DNA of 64,000 nucleotides. Source: the human T2T-CHM13v2.0 reference genome, Homo sapiens. The position numbers were made by a program, and so were the translations under genes. The stretch lies in NCBI RefSeq assembly GCF_009914755.1, contig NC_060925.1, one strand, 5' to 3'. Position 1 is the first letter of the stretch. The number at the start of each line of letters is the position of its first letter. A model generated the notes under the pieces. The model worked only from the letters and a program-made list of their open reading frames with translations. It had not been told where the DNA came from and did not search any database. Of this stretch, positions 47,065-63,599 are shown piece after piece.

Positions 47065-48265
47065 TGTGTTCCAGAATTGGTGGGTTCTTGGTCTTGCCGA
47101 CTTCAAGAATGAAGCTGCAGACCCTCACGGCGACTGTTACAGTTTTTAAAAATAACGTGTCCAAAGTTTATTCCTTCTGATGTTCGGACGTGTTCAGAGT
47201 TTCTTCCTTCTGGTGGGTTCGTGGTCTCCCTGGCTTCAGGAGTGAAGCTGCAGACCTTTGCAGTGAGTGTTAAAACTCTTAAGGCAGTGCGCCTGAAGTT
47301 GTTCGTTCCTCCCGTTCGCAGTTGTTCATCTCTCGCAGTGGGTTTGTAGTCTCGCTGGCCTCAGGAGTGAAGCTGCAGACCTTCACCACGTTACAGTTCA
47401 TAAAGGCATGCAGACCCAAAGAGTGAGCAGCAGCAAGACTTATTGCAAAGAGCAAAAGAACAAAGCATTACACATGCTGAAGAGAAACCCAAGCAGGCTG
47501 CCACTGCTGGCTTCGGCAGCCTGCGTTTATTCCCTTATCTGACCCCACCCACATCCTGCTAATTGGTCCACTTTACAGAGAGCTGACTGGTCCAGTTTAC
47601 AGAGCTGATGGGCCCATTTTACAGAGCTGATGGGCCCATTTTACAGAGAGCTGATTGGTCTGTTTTGACAGGGTGCTGATTGGTGTGTTTACAAACCTTG
47701 AGCTAGACACAGAGTGCTGATTGGTGCATTTACAATCCTTTGGCTAGACACAAAAGTTATCCAAGTCCCCACTAGATTAGCTAGACACAGCACTGATTGG
47801 TGCCTTTACAAACCTTGAGCTAGACACAGAGAGCTGATTAGTGCATTTACAATCCTTCAGCTAGACACAAAAGTTCTCCAAGTCCCCACTAGATTAGCTA
47901 GACACAGAGCACTGATTGGTGCGTTACAAACCTTTAGCTAGACTCAGAGTGCTGATTGGTGCATTTACAATCTTTTAGCTAGACACAGAGTGCTGATTGG
48001 TGCATTTACAATCCTCTAGCTAGACATAAAAGTTCTCCAAGTCCCCACCACATTAGCTAGATACAGAGTGGTGACTGGTGCATCCACAAACCCCCAGCTA
48101 GACACAGAGTGCTGATTGGTGCATATACAATCCTCCAGCTAGACATAAAAGTTCTCCAAGTCCCCACCTGACTCAGAAGCCCAGCTGGCTTTGCCTAGTG
48201 GATCCTGTGCCTGGCCGTGGGCAGAGTTGCCCACCAGTCCCGCACTGCGTGCCCGTGTGCCTGCA
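47065..48265 (-). mobile_element. Long-type LTR12 (B/C/D-like) solo LTR, 5'-truncated
   Basis: Tandem ~40-80 bp units with 9 ATTGG (CCAAT) boxes; AGATAAGGGAATAAA core promoter at 47540-47526; GAAGCTGCAGACC U5 repeats; TSD TTAC at 47061-47064 and 48266-48269. Confidence 0.9.
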
Positions 48266-48479
48266 TTACCAAGGGTGAAGGGGCAGTAATCCAAAAGCAG
48301 TGGCTGCCAGGGGGACAGGCACAGCGGGTGGCTGTTTGTACTGGATATTGGCCATTTGCAATTTACCTGCAAATCCTTGTGGGCCTGTGCTTCAAAGGGG
48401 CCATCAAGTCACTGTGCAGTGGCGGTCAGTCACCCAGCTTTCTGACATCACAAGTTGAATGAAAAGCTTTTAGTCCTGA

Positions 48480-48926
<447 letters not shown>

Positions 48927-49176
48927 TAGCCAGGATGGTCGCGATCTCCTGACCTCGTGATCCGCCCACCTCAGCCTCCCAAAGTGCTGGGATTACAGGC
49001 GTGAGCCACCGTGCCCGGCCTTTTTTTTCTTTGTGGAACACATCTGTAACCTTAGAAGATGAAAAATTAATTAACCTCTGTTACCGGTGATGGAACTTTC
49101 TTCCTTAGAGTGTCCTTGATGAGGATACTTATGTAACATAACCTCAGGAAGATTTAGAACTAAGACTAGCATGCTA

Positions 49177-49461
<285 letters not shown>

Positions 49462-49987
49462 CTACAGAGTGAGACCCCGTTCTCATAAAAAACAAAGACA
49501 AAAAACCTTAGCATTAATATTTCTGTTCAAAGAAATAATCTAGATACATTTAGGGTTTTTGTTTTGTTTTCTGTTTTTGTTTTTGAGACAGGGTCTCACT
49601 CTGTTTCCCAGGCTGGAATGCAGTAGCTGGATCTCAGCTCACTGAAACCTCTGCCTCCCCGGCTCAAGTGATCCTCCCACCTCAGCCTCCTGAGTAGATA
49701 GGATCACAGGCGTGCGCAACCATGTCTGGCTAATTTTTAAATTTTTTGTGGAGATGAGGTCTCACTATATTGCCCAGGCTGTTCTCAAACTCCTGGGCTC
49801 AGGCAATCAGCCTCAGCCTCCCAAAGTCCTGGGATTACAAGTGTGAGTCACAGTGCCCAGCCCTAGTTTTTTAGATAAACAGATTTTTGAGAGAACTTAA
49901 GATTCATCCTATTTATAACTTGGATTTACTTGATGTATAAGAATGATTTAAATCTTCAGGAAGGTTTTGTTTATACAGATAACTGAG

Positions 49988-50613
49988 CGTCCTGTGTGGG
50001 AGCCGCGGGAGCTGCGTGAGGGGAGAAGAAAAGGCACACACACAATACCTTTAAGGGTAAACAAGCTTTATCCCACGTAAATGGCAATGCAGATATAATA
50101 AGCAAATGATATAATAAGGAAATTAATATAATAAGCAAATTGATATAAGTAAATGACATAATAAGCAAATTGCAATGGGAAGGGGAGAAGGGAAAAGAGA
50201 TATACACATATTTACACTCACCAGACTATGGAGGATTCACCACCAGACTGGGAAGCAACAGCCTGGGCTCCAGAGTCGGCCACTCATCCATGCACAGATG
50301 AGGAGAGGTCTCATGAAGCTTCAGCGCAGCTGGGACCCTAGCTCTTTTTGTAACGAGTTGTTTGGCATGAGGTCCGGTCACGAGGGCCCTTCATTATCGG
50401 TCTCAAGGAACACAAAAAGGTCAACTTGTTTTTGCGATTGTGTGTTGTTTTTCAATAACTAATGTATAGGAATAGATTGAAATAGAGATTCCTCCGAAAC
50501 AGTGCTGGATGAACGCCTCAAGGGGCTCACACAACCTGTTCAGGGACTTGGTGACCATTGTTTGTGTCCATGTTCAGTTGAGTTCAAATTTAATATTTAA
50601 CTTTTCTTCCACA
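49988..50613 (-). mobile_element. ERVL-class solo LTR, LTR18-like
   Basis: Starts TGTGGAAGAAAAGTTAAATATTAAATTTGAACTC; 5-bp TSD CTGAG at 49983-49987 and 50614-50618; internal ATATAATAAGCAAAT repeats; family name from memory. Confidence 0.7.
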
Positions 50614-51305
50614 CTGAGATACTGAAAAAGAAAATCAAACCTATTCATTTACGTTTGAAGATATAAAGTTGTAAAAAGCCCCTTAGAAGCATTTGCTAAA
50701 ATCTAGATTTTCAAACAAGGTTTGTAAGCTGAATTTTATTTATACTTTTTAAATATTTTATTATTATTAAATTTTAATTTTTTGTAGACATGGGGTCTTG
50801 ATATGTTGCCCATACTGGTCTCCAGCTCCTAGCCTCAAGTAATCTTCCTGTCTCGGCTGCCTAAATTGCTGGGATTACAGGTGTGAGCCACCACGCCTGG
50901 CCAATAGGTTGAATCTTAAGGTTAAGAAAGAATTAGTAGTGTTTTGAACTAGTAACTTTAATAAATAGAAACTAATTGTTTACTCCAGAAATAAACTTCC
51001 AAATAGTCTTTTCTGTGACTGAAAACCATCCTCAGGACTCAACCCAAATATGCATCAAAAGGTGAATGGATAAACAAATTGGGATCTATCTGTACAATGG
51101 AATACTACACAGCAACGAAAAGAAAGAGCAACTCATTCACAGAACTTGATGAATTTCTAAAGCATTACACTAAGCGAAGAAAGCCAGACTCAAAAGTTTC
51201 CCTGCTGTCTAATTCCATTTATACATAGACAAAACCATGGTGGGCCAGGCGTGGTGGCTCACGCCTGTGATCCCAGCACTTTAGGAGGCCGAGGTGGGCG
51301 GATCA

Positions 51306-51623
<318 letters not shown>

Positions 51624-51978
51624 TTAGAGGGAGTTTCTGGGTGATAGAAATGCTCTATATCACAATTATGAGGTGATTGCCTGAGTGTTTACACTGGCAT
51701 GACTCAGCAAATTTTACATTTAACATTGGCGAATTTTGTTGTACATAAATTACACCTCGATAACACAGATTTTTAAAAATAATACTATCCTGGAGACTAC
51801 CAGAACCCTCCGTATTCAACATGAGGCATGAAACAGGACCATTTTTTTGGAGAATAATGTGGGAAAGGGGAGGGGGCTGTGAGGAGAGAGGCCAAGTAAT
51901 CACAGAGTCACCATGGAAACCAGGAGAGCCAGCCGGGTGCAGAAGTAGAGTAGGTTCCCCCACTCAAAGTCACCGTGA

Positions 51979-52212
<234 letters not shown>

Positions 52213-52356
52213 TAGCCACGATGGTCTCGATCTCCTGACCTCGTGATCCGCCCGCCTCGGCCTCCCTCAGTGCTGGGATTACAAGCGTGAGCCACTGCGC
52301 CAGCCTGAATGAGTCTTTTCTAGCAGGTGTAGAGCAGGAGTCAGGTTTCGCCTGGT

Positions 52357-53290
<934 letters not shown>

Positions 53291-54560
53291 CCTGGTGACG
53301 GCAATGGAGGGAGAGATGGTTAAAGGAGAGAGGCTGCTTGCAAGGGGCAACGACAGAGATGAGGGTCAATGGGCCACTAGCTAGGGAGGGAGGGACGTGA
53401 AGCCAGGAATGGCTGGTAAGCGGGTGGTAAAATCAGTGGTTTGAAGACCTCCTTGAAGGGGGAGAATTTCTGCGACAAGGATCCTGAGCAGAGGAAGAGG
53501 AAGGAAGGGAAGTGGTGGCTGGAGAATGGGATGTTTGAAATCAGGATTCCTGAAATGAGTGGCTTTGAGTGATGGTGGGTTCTGTGAGGGATGATTGAGG
53601 GGGTGGGAAGGAGGTCAGTGGGACTGAGGGGTCTAATGGCCTGCCTGCCTCCACCCTATCCCATCTCAGTTGGCTCTTCCCACTGGGCCCCCAGGCCCCT
53701 CCTCACAGGGAATGCAGGTTATGAATCTCCTCTTCTCTGGACCTTCCAATGCCCTCTTGCCTGCCTCAGAGAAAATCTAAACCCTTCCCGTGACCCGCTC
53801 CCCTTCCCCCTGGTGGACTGTCTCCTGCCACTCTCTCCTGCTGTCTACACTGCAAGTCCACTCTAGGGTGGCCCTTGCTGCTCCCGGCCTGGCCTCCCTC
53901 CCCTCAGAGTCTCATGGCCCCCTCCCTCCCTGAAGTTTCTGTCCACGCTACCTTTGGCCTTCTCTGTCCATCTTATAGAAAAATACCACCTCTCCCATCA
54001 CTCTCTGTCCCCTAATCTCCCTTTACCATCAAACATGGTACATATATATTTGCCTAGTGGTTTCTCATTTGTCTCCCCCAACAGGAACGCCAGCTCCATG
54101 CATCTGGGGTTCCGTTTTCTTCATTGCTGTATCCAGCACCTACAAGAGAACCTGGCACAGACTCGGTGCCCCATGAATATTACTGGATGGAGGCAGACAG
54201 AGCTGATCTCTGTGTCCTGAAGGGTTGGTGAGTTGATACTGATGAGTCAGAGGCCAAAGCCTTGTGATATAAGCCAGGAGCTGTTGAGAGGCCTGGATAC
54301 CCTCTCTCAATTGTTTGGAAGGAGTGGATACAGAAGATACAGCATTTCACAGGCTGTAGAACTTGACAGCTAAGAGCTCTGACCCCTAATAGCTGTGTCT
54401 CCTTGAACAAATTAGTTGATCTTTTTGAGCCTCTGTTTCCTTATCTGTAAATTGGACACAATAATCAACTGAAACCTAAATCAGGGAGTCATGCAGATAA
54501 GCCCAGACTCTGCATGCAAAGCCCTTGGTACAGTGCCCACCTATGGTGAGTGCTTGGTAA

Positions 54561-54816
<256 letters not shown>

Positions 54817-54954
54817 TAGTAGAGATGGGGTTTCACCATGTTGGCCAGGCTGTTCTCAAGCTCCTGACCTCAGGTGATCCACCTGCCTCAGCCTCCCAAA
54901 GTGCTGGGAATACAGGCGTGAGCCACCATGCCTGGCCAAGCTTTGCCAATTTAA

Positions 54955-55224
<270 letters not shown>

Positions 55225-56479
55225 TGAAATGTTAGGTTGCTGTATGATATGAGGTATTAGTATTTTTTCTTCTGGTTGATTGGGTCCTTTTAGGGTTGCT
55301 GGAGTTTTAGGCAATGGATGGTTCATTAGTTTTCTTTTTTCTTTTTTTTTTGTGTGTGTGTGTGATGGAGTTTCGCTCTTGTTGCCCAGGCTGGAGTGCA
55401 GTGGTGTGATCTTGGCTCACTGCAACCTCCGCCTTCAAGAGATTCTCCTGCTTCAGCCTCCCGAGTAGCTGGGATCACAGGTGCCCACCACCACACCCGG
55501 CTAATTTTTTGTATTTTTATTAGATATAGGGTTTTACCATGTTGGCCAGGCTAGTCTCGAACTCCTGACCTCAAGTGATCCACCCACCTCAGCCTCCCAA
55601 AGTGCTGGGATTACAGGTGTGAGCCACTGCGCCCAGTTGGTCCATTAATTTTCAGAGGCTCTAATGGAATACATGGGGTGCCCAGAATATGGGGGGTGAC
55701 TATACTGGACTTCTTGGAGCAGAGCAGTGGAACCCAGATTTTGCTGAAAGCCCTGAGCAAAAGCATAGGCTTGAAATGGCCCTTGGGCTGAGGGCAGTGT
55801 AGGTCAGTCAGCCAGCTTTCTGAGCTTCAGGGGCTGAACAACAGCCTTGCTCCTTTTGATTCCCACATGAAGCAAAAAGAAAGAGTCCAGAGATCCTGGT
55901 GTCTATCTTTGGATATCCAACACCTGCCCTGTTTTCACCTGCCACTACCAAGTAATTAACGAGCGCCTCTCAGCAGCCCAATCCATGAGAGATTCAACTT
56001 TCACAAATCACCCCACAGCCCTCTGAGGTCATGGCCTTGCACCAGAGCTACAGGGCTCATTGTGTCTTGGGCAATGGGGAGGAGAAATCAGTGACAGTCA
56101 ACAGGACAGGGAAGGTGTATGCATCGGCCAGTACCTCTTGCCTAGGCCAGAGCCAGGATGGTGACAGGAGCCCCTCAGGATGCCACATGGTACTCAATCC
56201 CTCCAGGTCATGCTGATCACCAGGCAGCTTGTGGCCCTTGGCCATCCTAAAGCAACAAAACTTCTTGTCTTACACTAGGTTTTCTGAGGGAGTTCTCTGG
56301 GGAGGCAAGCCCAGTACAGACACTGCTCCGCTGGGAGGCATCCAACCCACCCTTGTGGGATCAGAGTGGCAGGTGGTGCCTCTATACCTAGTTCCTCAAG
56401 CTCAAAGTAAACTGACCTCCAGGTCAATGTGTGCGTGTGTGCGCACACACCAGTGAGTAGCTTCTAATGTCCTTAATTC

Positions 56480-57296
<817 letters not shown>

Positions 57297-58016
57297 GGGG
57301 AGAAGAGCATGGCAGAACCAAAGGCTTCCCAGGCTAACACAGCAGTCCAGCCCCCAGGCCTGCATGGCTGCCATGGAACATCGCCAGGATTGCATCCCAA
57401 GGGGAAGCCTGGGAAGGAAGCAGTGTCCTGTATTGGCTAAGACTGAATCAGACAGGCCTAGGTCTTAATTTTGGCTGGAATATTTATTAGTGTTGTGAAC
57501 TTTGGGCACTTTCACTAACAAATTGAGTCTCAGTTTCCTCTTCTGTAAAATGGTGATGATAGCGGTAGTTACTCACAGAGCTATGTGAGAATTTTATGAG
57601 ACAGTGTAGATCAATGGCTCACAAATGTTTACTGTTATTAATGGGATCAGCTAATAGACCTGATTTTTCCTACTGTCTCTCTCCAGGAAGGAGGGAAGGA
57701 GGCTAATGTCTTGAGTTTTCCACAAAGTCATAAATATTCAGTGCTAGTAAATTACAAGTTCCTAAGGCTTTCAGCACACCTAATATTTCTTAGGCACCTA
57801 CTATGGGCCAGGCACTATGAGAGGGACCAGGGGACAGAGAGGCCCCTGTGGAAATTAATTTCTGCATTGCTCCTCAGAAAGCATTAGCTTTCTCCAGGCC
57901 TACAGGTTCGAGTCCAGTCACCTACTGAATGCCAATCTACCTCAGCTTGGAAAGAAATCCCAACCCTTCTTCCCGCCTCCTGATGAGGTGCCTGGGCCCC
58001 ACCCCACGCAAGTTAA

Positions 58017-58352
<336 letters not shown>

Positions 58353-58409
58353 TGAGCCACTGCGCCTGGCCACGGATATTTTAAAATAGCATCTAAGTGT
58401 TTCCCATGA

Positions 58410-58840
<431 letters not shown>

Positions 58841-59849
58841 TAGGCTGAAGCCCAGACTCTGCATGATGCTCCTGGCCTTTCAATTTGGATCCAGCCTCCT
58901 CTCATTGATGACACTAACGGCTAAGATTGGTGGAGCGGTTCATGTGACCCAGGCACTCTATTGAGAGCTTTACATGTTATCTCATTCAATTACCACCTAA
59001 CCTTAGGAGATGATGTCTTAGCTCAGTTTCCTCATCTGTAAAATGGGACATTCCAAGAAAAGCATTAGGTACAGTGTCTGGTACACAGTTATCACTCAAC
59101 CAATAGTAGCCATTACTGCATCTTCCCCGCTTTATTGATGAGAAAGTTGAGGATAAGGGAGGTTCAGTAACTTGCCCAAGACTACATACAACTCATTAAT
59201 AAAGAAGTCTGGCTTCAGTGCCCAGGCTAGCCCACCTCTCACCCTGTCACTGAGGGCCCGTGCTCAACTCAGAGCCAACGTCTACAGCTCTCCTTGATGA
59301 GGTCTCCAGGTCTTTGCACATAGAATGGTTCCCTTCCTTCTCCTCCTGGAAAGCTTCCTCCCAGAGCCCCCTACCCGCTTGACACCCCGGGCAGGGCCAC
59401 ATACCCCAACTCTGCTCCCTTCAGCCTTCCTAACAAACCTCCCTACTCTCATCTCACCAAACTATCATCCTGATGGAGGGTGTGCCCCCCACTCAAAGCA
59501 ACTGTGTCCTTCCCAGCTCTGGCTCCACTGTGCCTGGCTGGCACAGAGCAGACCTCTGTGTTCGTTGGATTTGTTGCGAGCCAAATCCATCACAGAGCCA
59601 AGCCAAGGGTGGAGAGCAATGCCTGCTGGCAGGACAGCCTGCCTGCTCCCAGCTGTCAGTGTGCACTCGGAGTGGACACTCGCACTTGCCTTTGGCCAGG
59701 GCCTCCTGGCCACTTGCCAGAACTTCCAGTCCCTTGGCCCTGGCTCTCCCTCTGCTCTGCAGCCTCCCCGCAAAGTTGGCCAGCAGGGGGTTCACACCTA
59801 AAGGGGCCTGGACCATCCACGGCATGAGTCCAGAAGATATCTCACCTTC

Positions 59850-60540
59850 TCAGTTCACTTCTTCAACAAGTATTTATTGAACGCCAACTATGGACCAGGC
59901 CCTGTGCTCAATGCTGGGTACAGAGTGGAGACTGAACCAGGCATGGCACCTGGCCTCATGAGCTTACACTCGAGTGGGAGGCACAGTCAACCAACAAGTA
60001 AATTACACAAATGGATATGCAGTGGCAAATTCTCCATGAAGGGAAAGAACAGAGGCCTTGTGATAGAGGAACTCCACAAGTAAAGTAGTCGAGGAAGGCC
60101 TCTTGGACGAGGCAACGTTGAAGCCAAGGCCTGAGGGTCTGCAGAACTCAGCCATGCACAGGGTAGGGGAAGAGCATTCTTGGCAAAGGGAACAGCATAT
60201 GCAAAGTGCTGGAGGTGGGAACAAGGCTGGAATGTCGAGGAAATGAAGGAAGGGCAGGTGGCAGAAGCTCAGGGAGCAAGTCTGGGACTGGCAAGAAATG
60301 AGGCTGGAAGTGAGGTTGGGACCAAAAGAAGACCTTTAGAATAATAGGGTAAGAGAGTGAGGTTTTCAAACTAAAGATGATACGATATGACCTGCAGCTT
60401 TCAATTTCTCTCTGCTGCTACTGAGAACTGATTGACAAAGCAAGAGGGAAGACCTTTCTGAGGCCAGGGCAGTGATCTGGGGGAGGTGATGTGGCCTGGC
60501 CAGGATGGCTGTGGGTGCAGACAGAAGTGGATGGACTCCA
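59850..60540 (-). mobile_element. L2 element 3' portion carrying the distal AATAAA
   Basis: Minus strand ...GCACAGGGCCTGGTCCATAGTTGGCGTTCAATAAATACTTGTTGAAGAAGTGAA resembles the L2 3' terminus. Confidence 0.65.
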
Positions 60541-60569
60541 GAGATAGTTTAGAAGTAGAATCTACTGGA

Positions 60570-60600
60570 AGTTTCCAGAAGCACTAAAAAAATCTTTATT
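60570..60600 (-). terminator. HEYL proximal polyadenylation signal
   Basis: AATAAA (tttatt 60595-60600); the first canonical hexamer I found after the stop codon. Confidence 0.7.
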
Positions 60601-62925
60601 GGATGTCCGCAACAACCCATGCAATGGGGTAGGAGTTGGAGACACCAGGAAGGCTTGGGGATAGAAACACAAGATGCAAGTCCTTGACCACGGAATCAGA
60701 TCACACAGTCACCTTTCCTTCCACAATATCCCAGGGACAATGAAAGCAAGTTCAACCAAGATGCTGAAAGAGCTGGATCATTCCCATCTCATTTCAGTGG
60801 CATCACAGATTCTTTGGAGTTGCATGCTTGCAACGTGGAAATGTGTTTCCCACAGCCCCACTAGGGATTCTCAGGCTAGGAAGTTGCCAAACTGCAAGAC
60901 TACATCACTGACCTGGTATCCCAGGAGCAGCAGGAGAGGAGGAGGAGGAGGAGGAGTTGTCCTTGTTCCTGTCCTGAGTGGGCCCCTTCATGATAACGGG
61001 GAAACTGGCCTTTGCCTTCTGTTACCTCCTCTGTCCCTGTCCCCAATCCTGGGAGCATGTGTGAGTTCTGTCTTCCTTCTACCACAGTCTCCCCTCTGCC
61101 TCCCTCCGGAGCACTCCCTGCCAATGACCCACTCTCTAAAATGATCCCCCCTCTCCTTGCTACTGCACATCTCAGATGGGTCCAGGAGGACAGCAGTCTG
61201 ATGGAATTAGCTCACACTAAAAAATGAAAGAGGTGCTTTCCTCTTTATCTCTCCTTGAGGAGTCTGTCTTTTCAAAAGAGCTTTCTGGGTCACTCAATGA
61301 TCTCCTCCCTCTTATCCACTTCTTTGAAAGGGCCCTTTTCCCCAAGGTTTCTGCAAACTCACTTTTCAGTCTGTGGAGTCTCCTCAATGCAGCCTCTGGG
61401 GAGGGTGGTTCCATCAAAGGGAGGAGGTGGGAGAATCTTCCCAGGGGTGACAACTGAAGTATCTAACCAGTGTGGAATGAGCACCAGTGAACTGCTGGCT
61501 CTGGGACTCCACAGCCTTGGATCGGCCAGGCAGTAACCAGATCGTAGGAGTCCTGGGGGAAGTGCCAGGCGGTGGGGGGCACCTGGAGTCACTTGGGGGA
61601 GTAGATATTTACCAACGAGTACAGAAGGGTTTCTGCATTTTATCAACTGGTGTGGCAACACTGGTCCCACTGGGTGTCAGTCCAGGCTCCGCTGTTCTGC
61701 TGGGAACGACTGCTGGACCATTTGTTTCCTCTGTTAGAAAAAGTGGCCTAGGGTGGAGCCGGGGAATGAAATGGCTTCTGAGCAGAGCCAGCTCTGTGGA
61801 GTCCTGGTGAACAGGATCTCAGGCGCTCGACCCACTGCATGACCTTGAAGGGCCAAGGTGCCTCGGATCATCCTTTCTCTTGCCCCTCCTTGCAGTTATT
61901 TTTGTCCAGCCTGACAGTCCTTGGCTGTTCCAGCAGTCTGGGCTCTGTGAGCCGGATGCAAACCAGGCAGCACAGACGTCTGGTGCTGAATCCCAAGAGG
62001 TTCCTCTCTGCGCACCATCACATGGGGCCACGGCCCCTCTGCACTGTGCACCCAATGGGGAGGGACCACACGCCTGGAGGATGGCGACTGTAAGACGTGG
62101 GGGCTGGGCTCTCCATTGCTCAACCCTGGCTCCTGTCTGGGAGAGCTGTCCAAGGCCTGGTGTGAGGACACCCTGTCACAGAGTTTTGCTGCTGCCTAGA
62201 AACCTCCCAGCTGGGTTTACCAGGCCAGCTGTGTGCAGGGACCTGTTAGTCAGTGAGAGGGTGGGTGTCTGCTGCTGGGAGGAGGGTGGGAGCAGGCTCT
62301 GCTGGGCCCCCAGTCTCCAGGCCTTGGCTGTGGTGGAGAAAGGGTCTGTCCTGTGGTTCAGTGTGATGGTGTGGCCCAAGGACAGGTGGGAAGGGGCAGA
62401 CAGGGTTCCCAGGAGACCTCTTTGTAGCCCCTGCTCAGTTACTATCTCCAGGAAGCGAGGCAGACACTATGTTCCAGCCTCTTGGCGTGGGAAGGCTGCA
62501 GCCAGTCAGTCATTGCTCCTGACTGGGGTCTGACCGCCCCAAGGAACAGCCTGCCTTGGGTCCTGGTGCCCTGCAGGTTAAAGCTTTTTCCCAGACCCAA
62601 GGTTCATGCCTGCTGCTGGTGTGCAGAGGGCAGGAGAGGGGTCTGGGCGGATCTCTGAGGGTCTCTCCCAGGACTCATCTGTTCAGGTGAGAAATGGAAC
62701 CAAGCCTCTGAGACCAGAACAGCTCCAGGAGAGCTGGGTGGATAAGCTGGGATAACAGTGAGAAGGAGAGATGGGTTGGAGGAGGAGGGGGCCTCTGATG
62801 GCTGGAGAACGTGCCTTCACATATGAGCCAGTCCACGAAGCAAAGCAGAAAAGGCAGTGCCCTTTTTTGGGCTCCTGGTAAAAGAACCTTCCTTATTCCT
62901 TGGGGCGGGGTGGTGAAGGGGCAGC

Positions 62926-63599
62926 TCAGAAAGCCCCGATTTCAGTGATTTCAGAGACCCAGGAGTGGTAGAGCATGGCTCCCGCTGGCCTCCCAGCTGG
63001 CCCTGGGGAGGATGAGTTGGGGGTGGGAACAGCCACGTAAGCAGCCGACCCTGTAGGACCAGGGGGTGTTGGGGAGGAAGACTGCAGGAGGGGAGCGATG
63101 TGGCTGCTCCTGGCAGCCCTGCTGCTGGGGGCGACAGGCACAGGGGTCGCTGGCCTCTCTAGGGGGCGGGCCCTCCGGGTGGAAGATGCCCCTCGACTGG
63201 GCAGCACATTCCTCCGGGCTGGCAGGATGATGCCTGTGGCTCTGCGAAGGGGAGCGGTTCGGAGGGCTGGGATGGGGTAAGCAGGAGAGGAGACACCGGG
63301 GAGGACAGGGCTGGGCACTCTTCCCAGGATGGCGAGCTGGTTGCTCAGGGCTGGCAGCCCTGGACAGCTATGGAAGAAAGACCAGGGCCAGGCAGGGAAG
63401 GCCAAAGGGCCAGTGGGCGTGGGCGAAGGCTCCATCTCGGCTGCGTAGCTGTTGAGGTGGGAGAGAAGGCGAATCCGGACGGGGTCTGCACGGCTGCTGG
63501 GCCCTTCAAGGACCCCCAGGTACCTGATGACCTCAGTGAGGCACTCCCGAAAACCAATGCTCCGGAAGTCAACTGCCAGGGCTCGGGCATCAAAGAATC
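62926..63599 (-). CDS. HEYL: HEYL last coding exon (Orange domain and C-terminus)
   Basis: CCCTTTGCAG| acceptor at 63600; GFFDARALAVDFRSIGFRECLTEVIRYL (Orange domain) to YHSW...TEIGAF-stop, the HEY-family tail with the HEYL YHSW variant. Confidence 0.97.

Larger units (their letters stand above)
59850..62925 (-). other. HEYL: HEYL 3'UTR (2.3-3.1 kb depending on poly(A) site)
   Basis: Mostly unique sequence after the stop codon, with AATAAA signals at 60600-60595 and 59878-59873. Confidence 0.7.

Noticed and set aside
47560-48170. Regular repeats resembling a CRISPR array or novel minisatellite
   Set aside because: These are the known CCAAT-bearing U3 tandem repeats of LTR12; eukaryotic DNA with no unique spacers
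62386-62412. Paired head-to-head RBPJ site (SPS)
   Set aside because: Spacer is 13 nt and the second site is degenerate; SPS needs 15-17 nt
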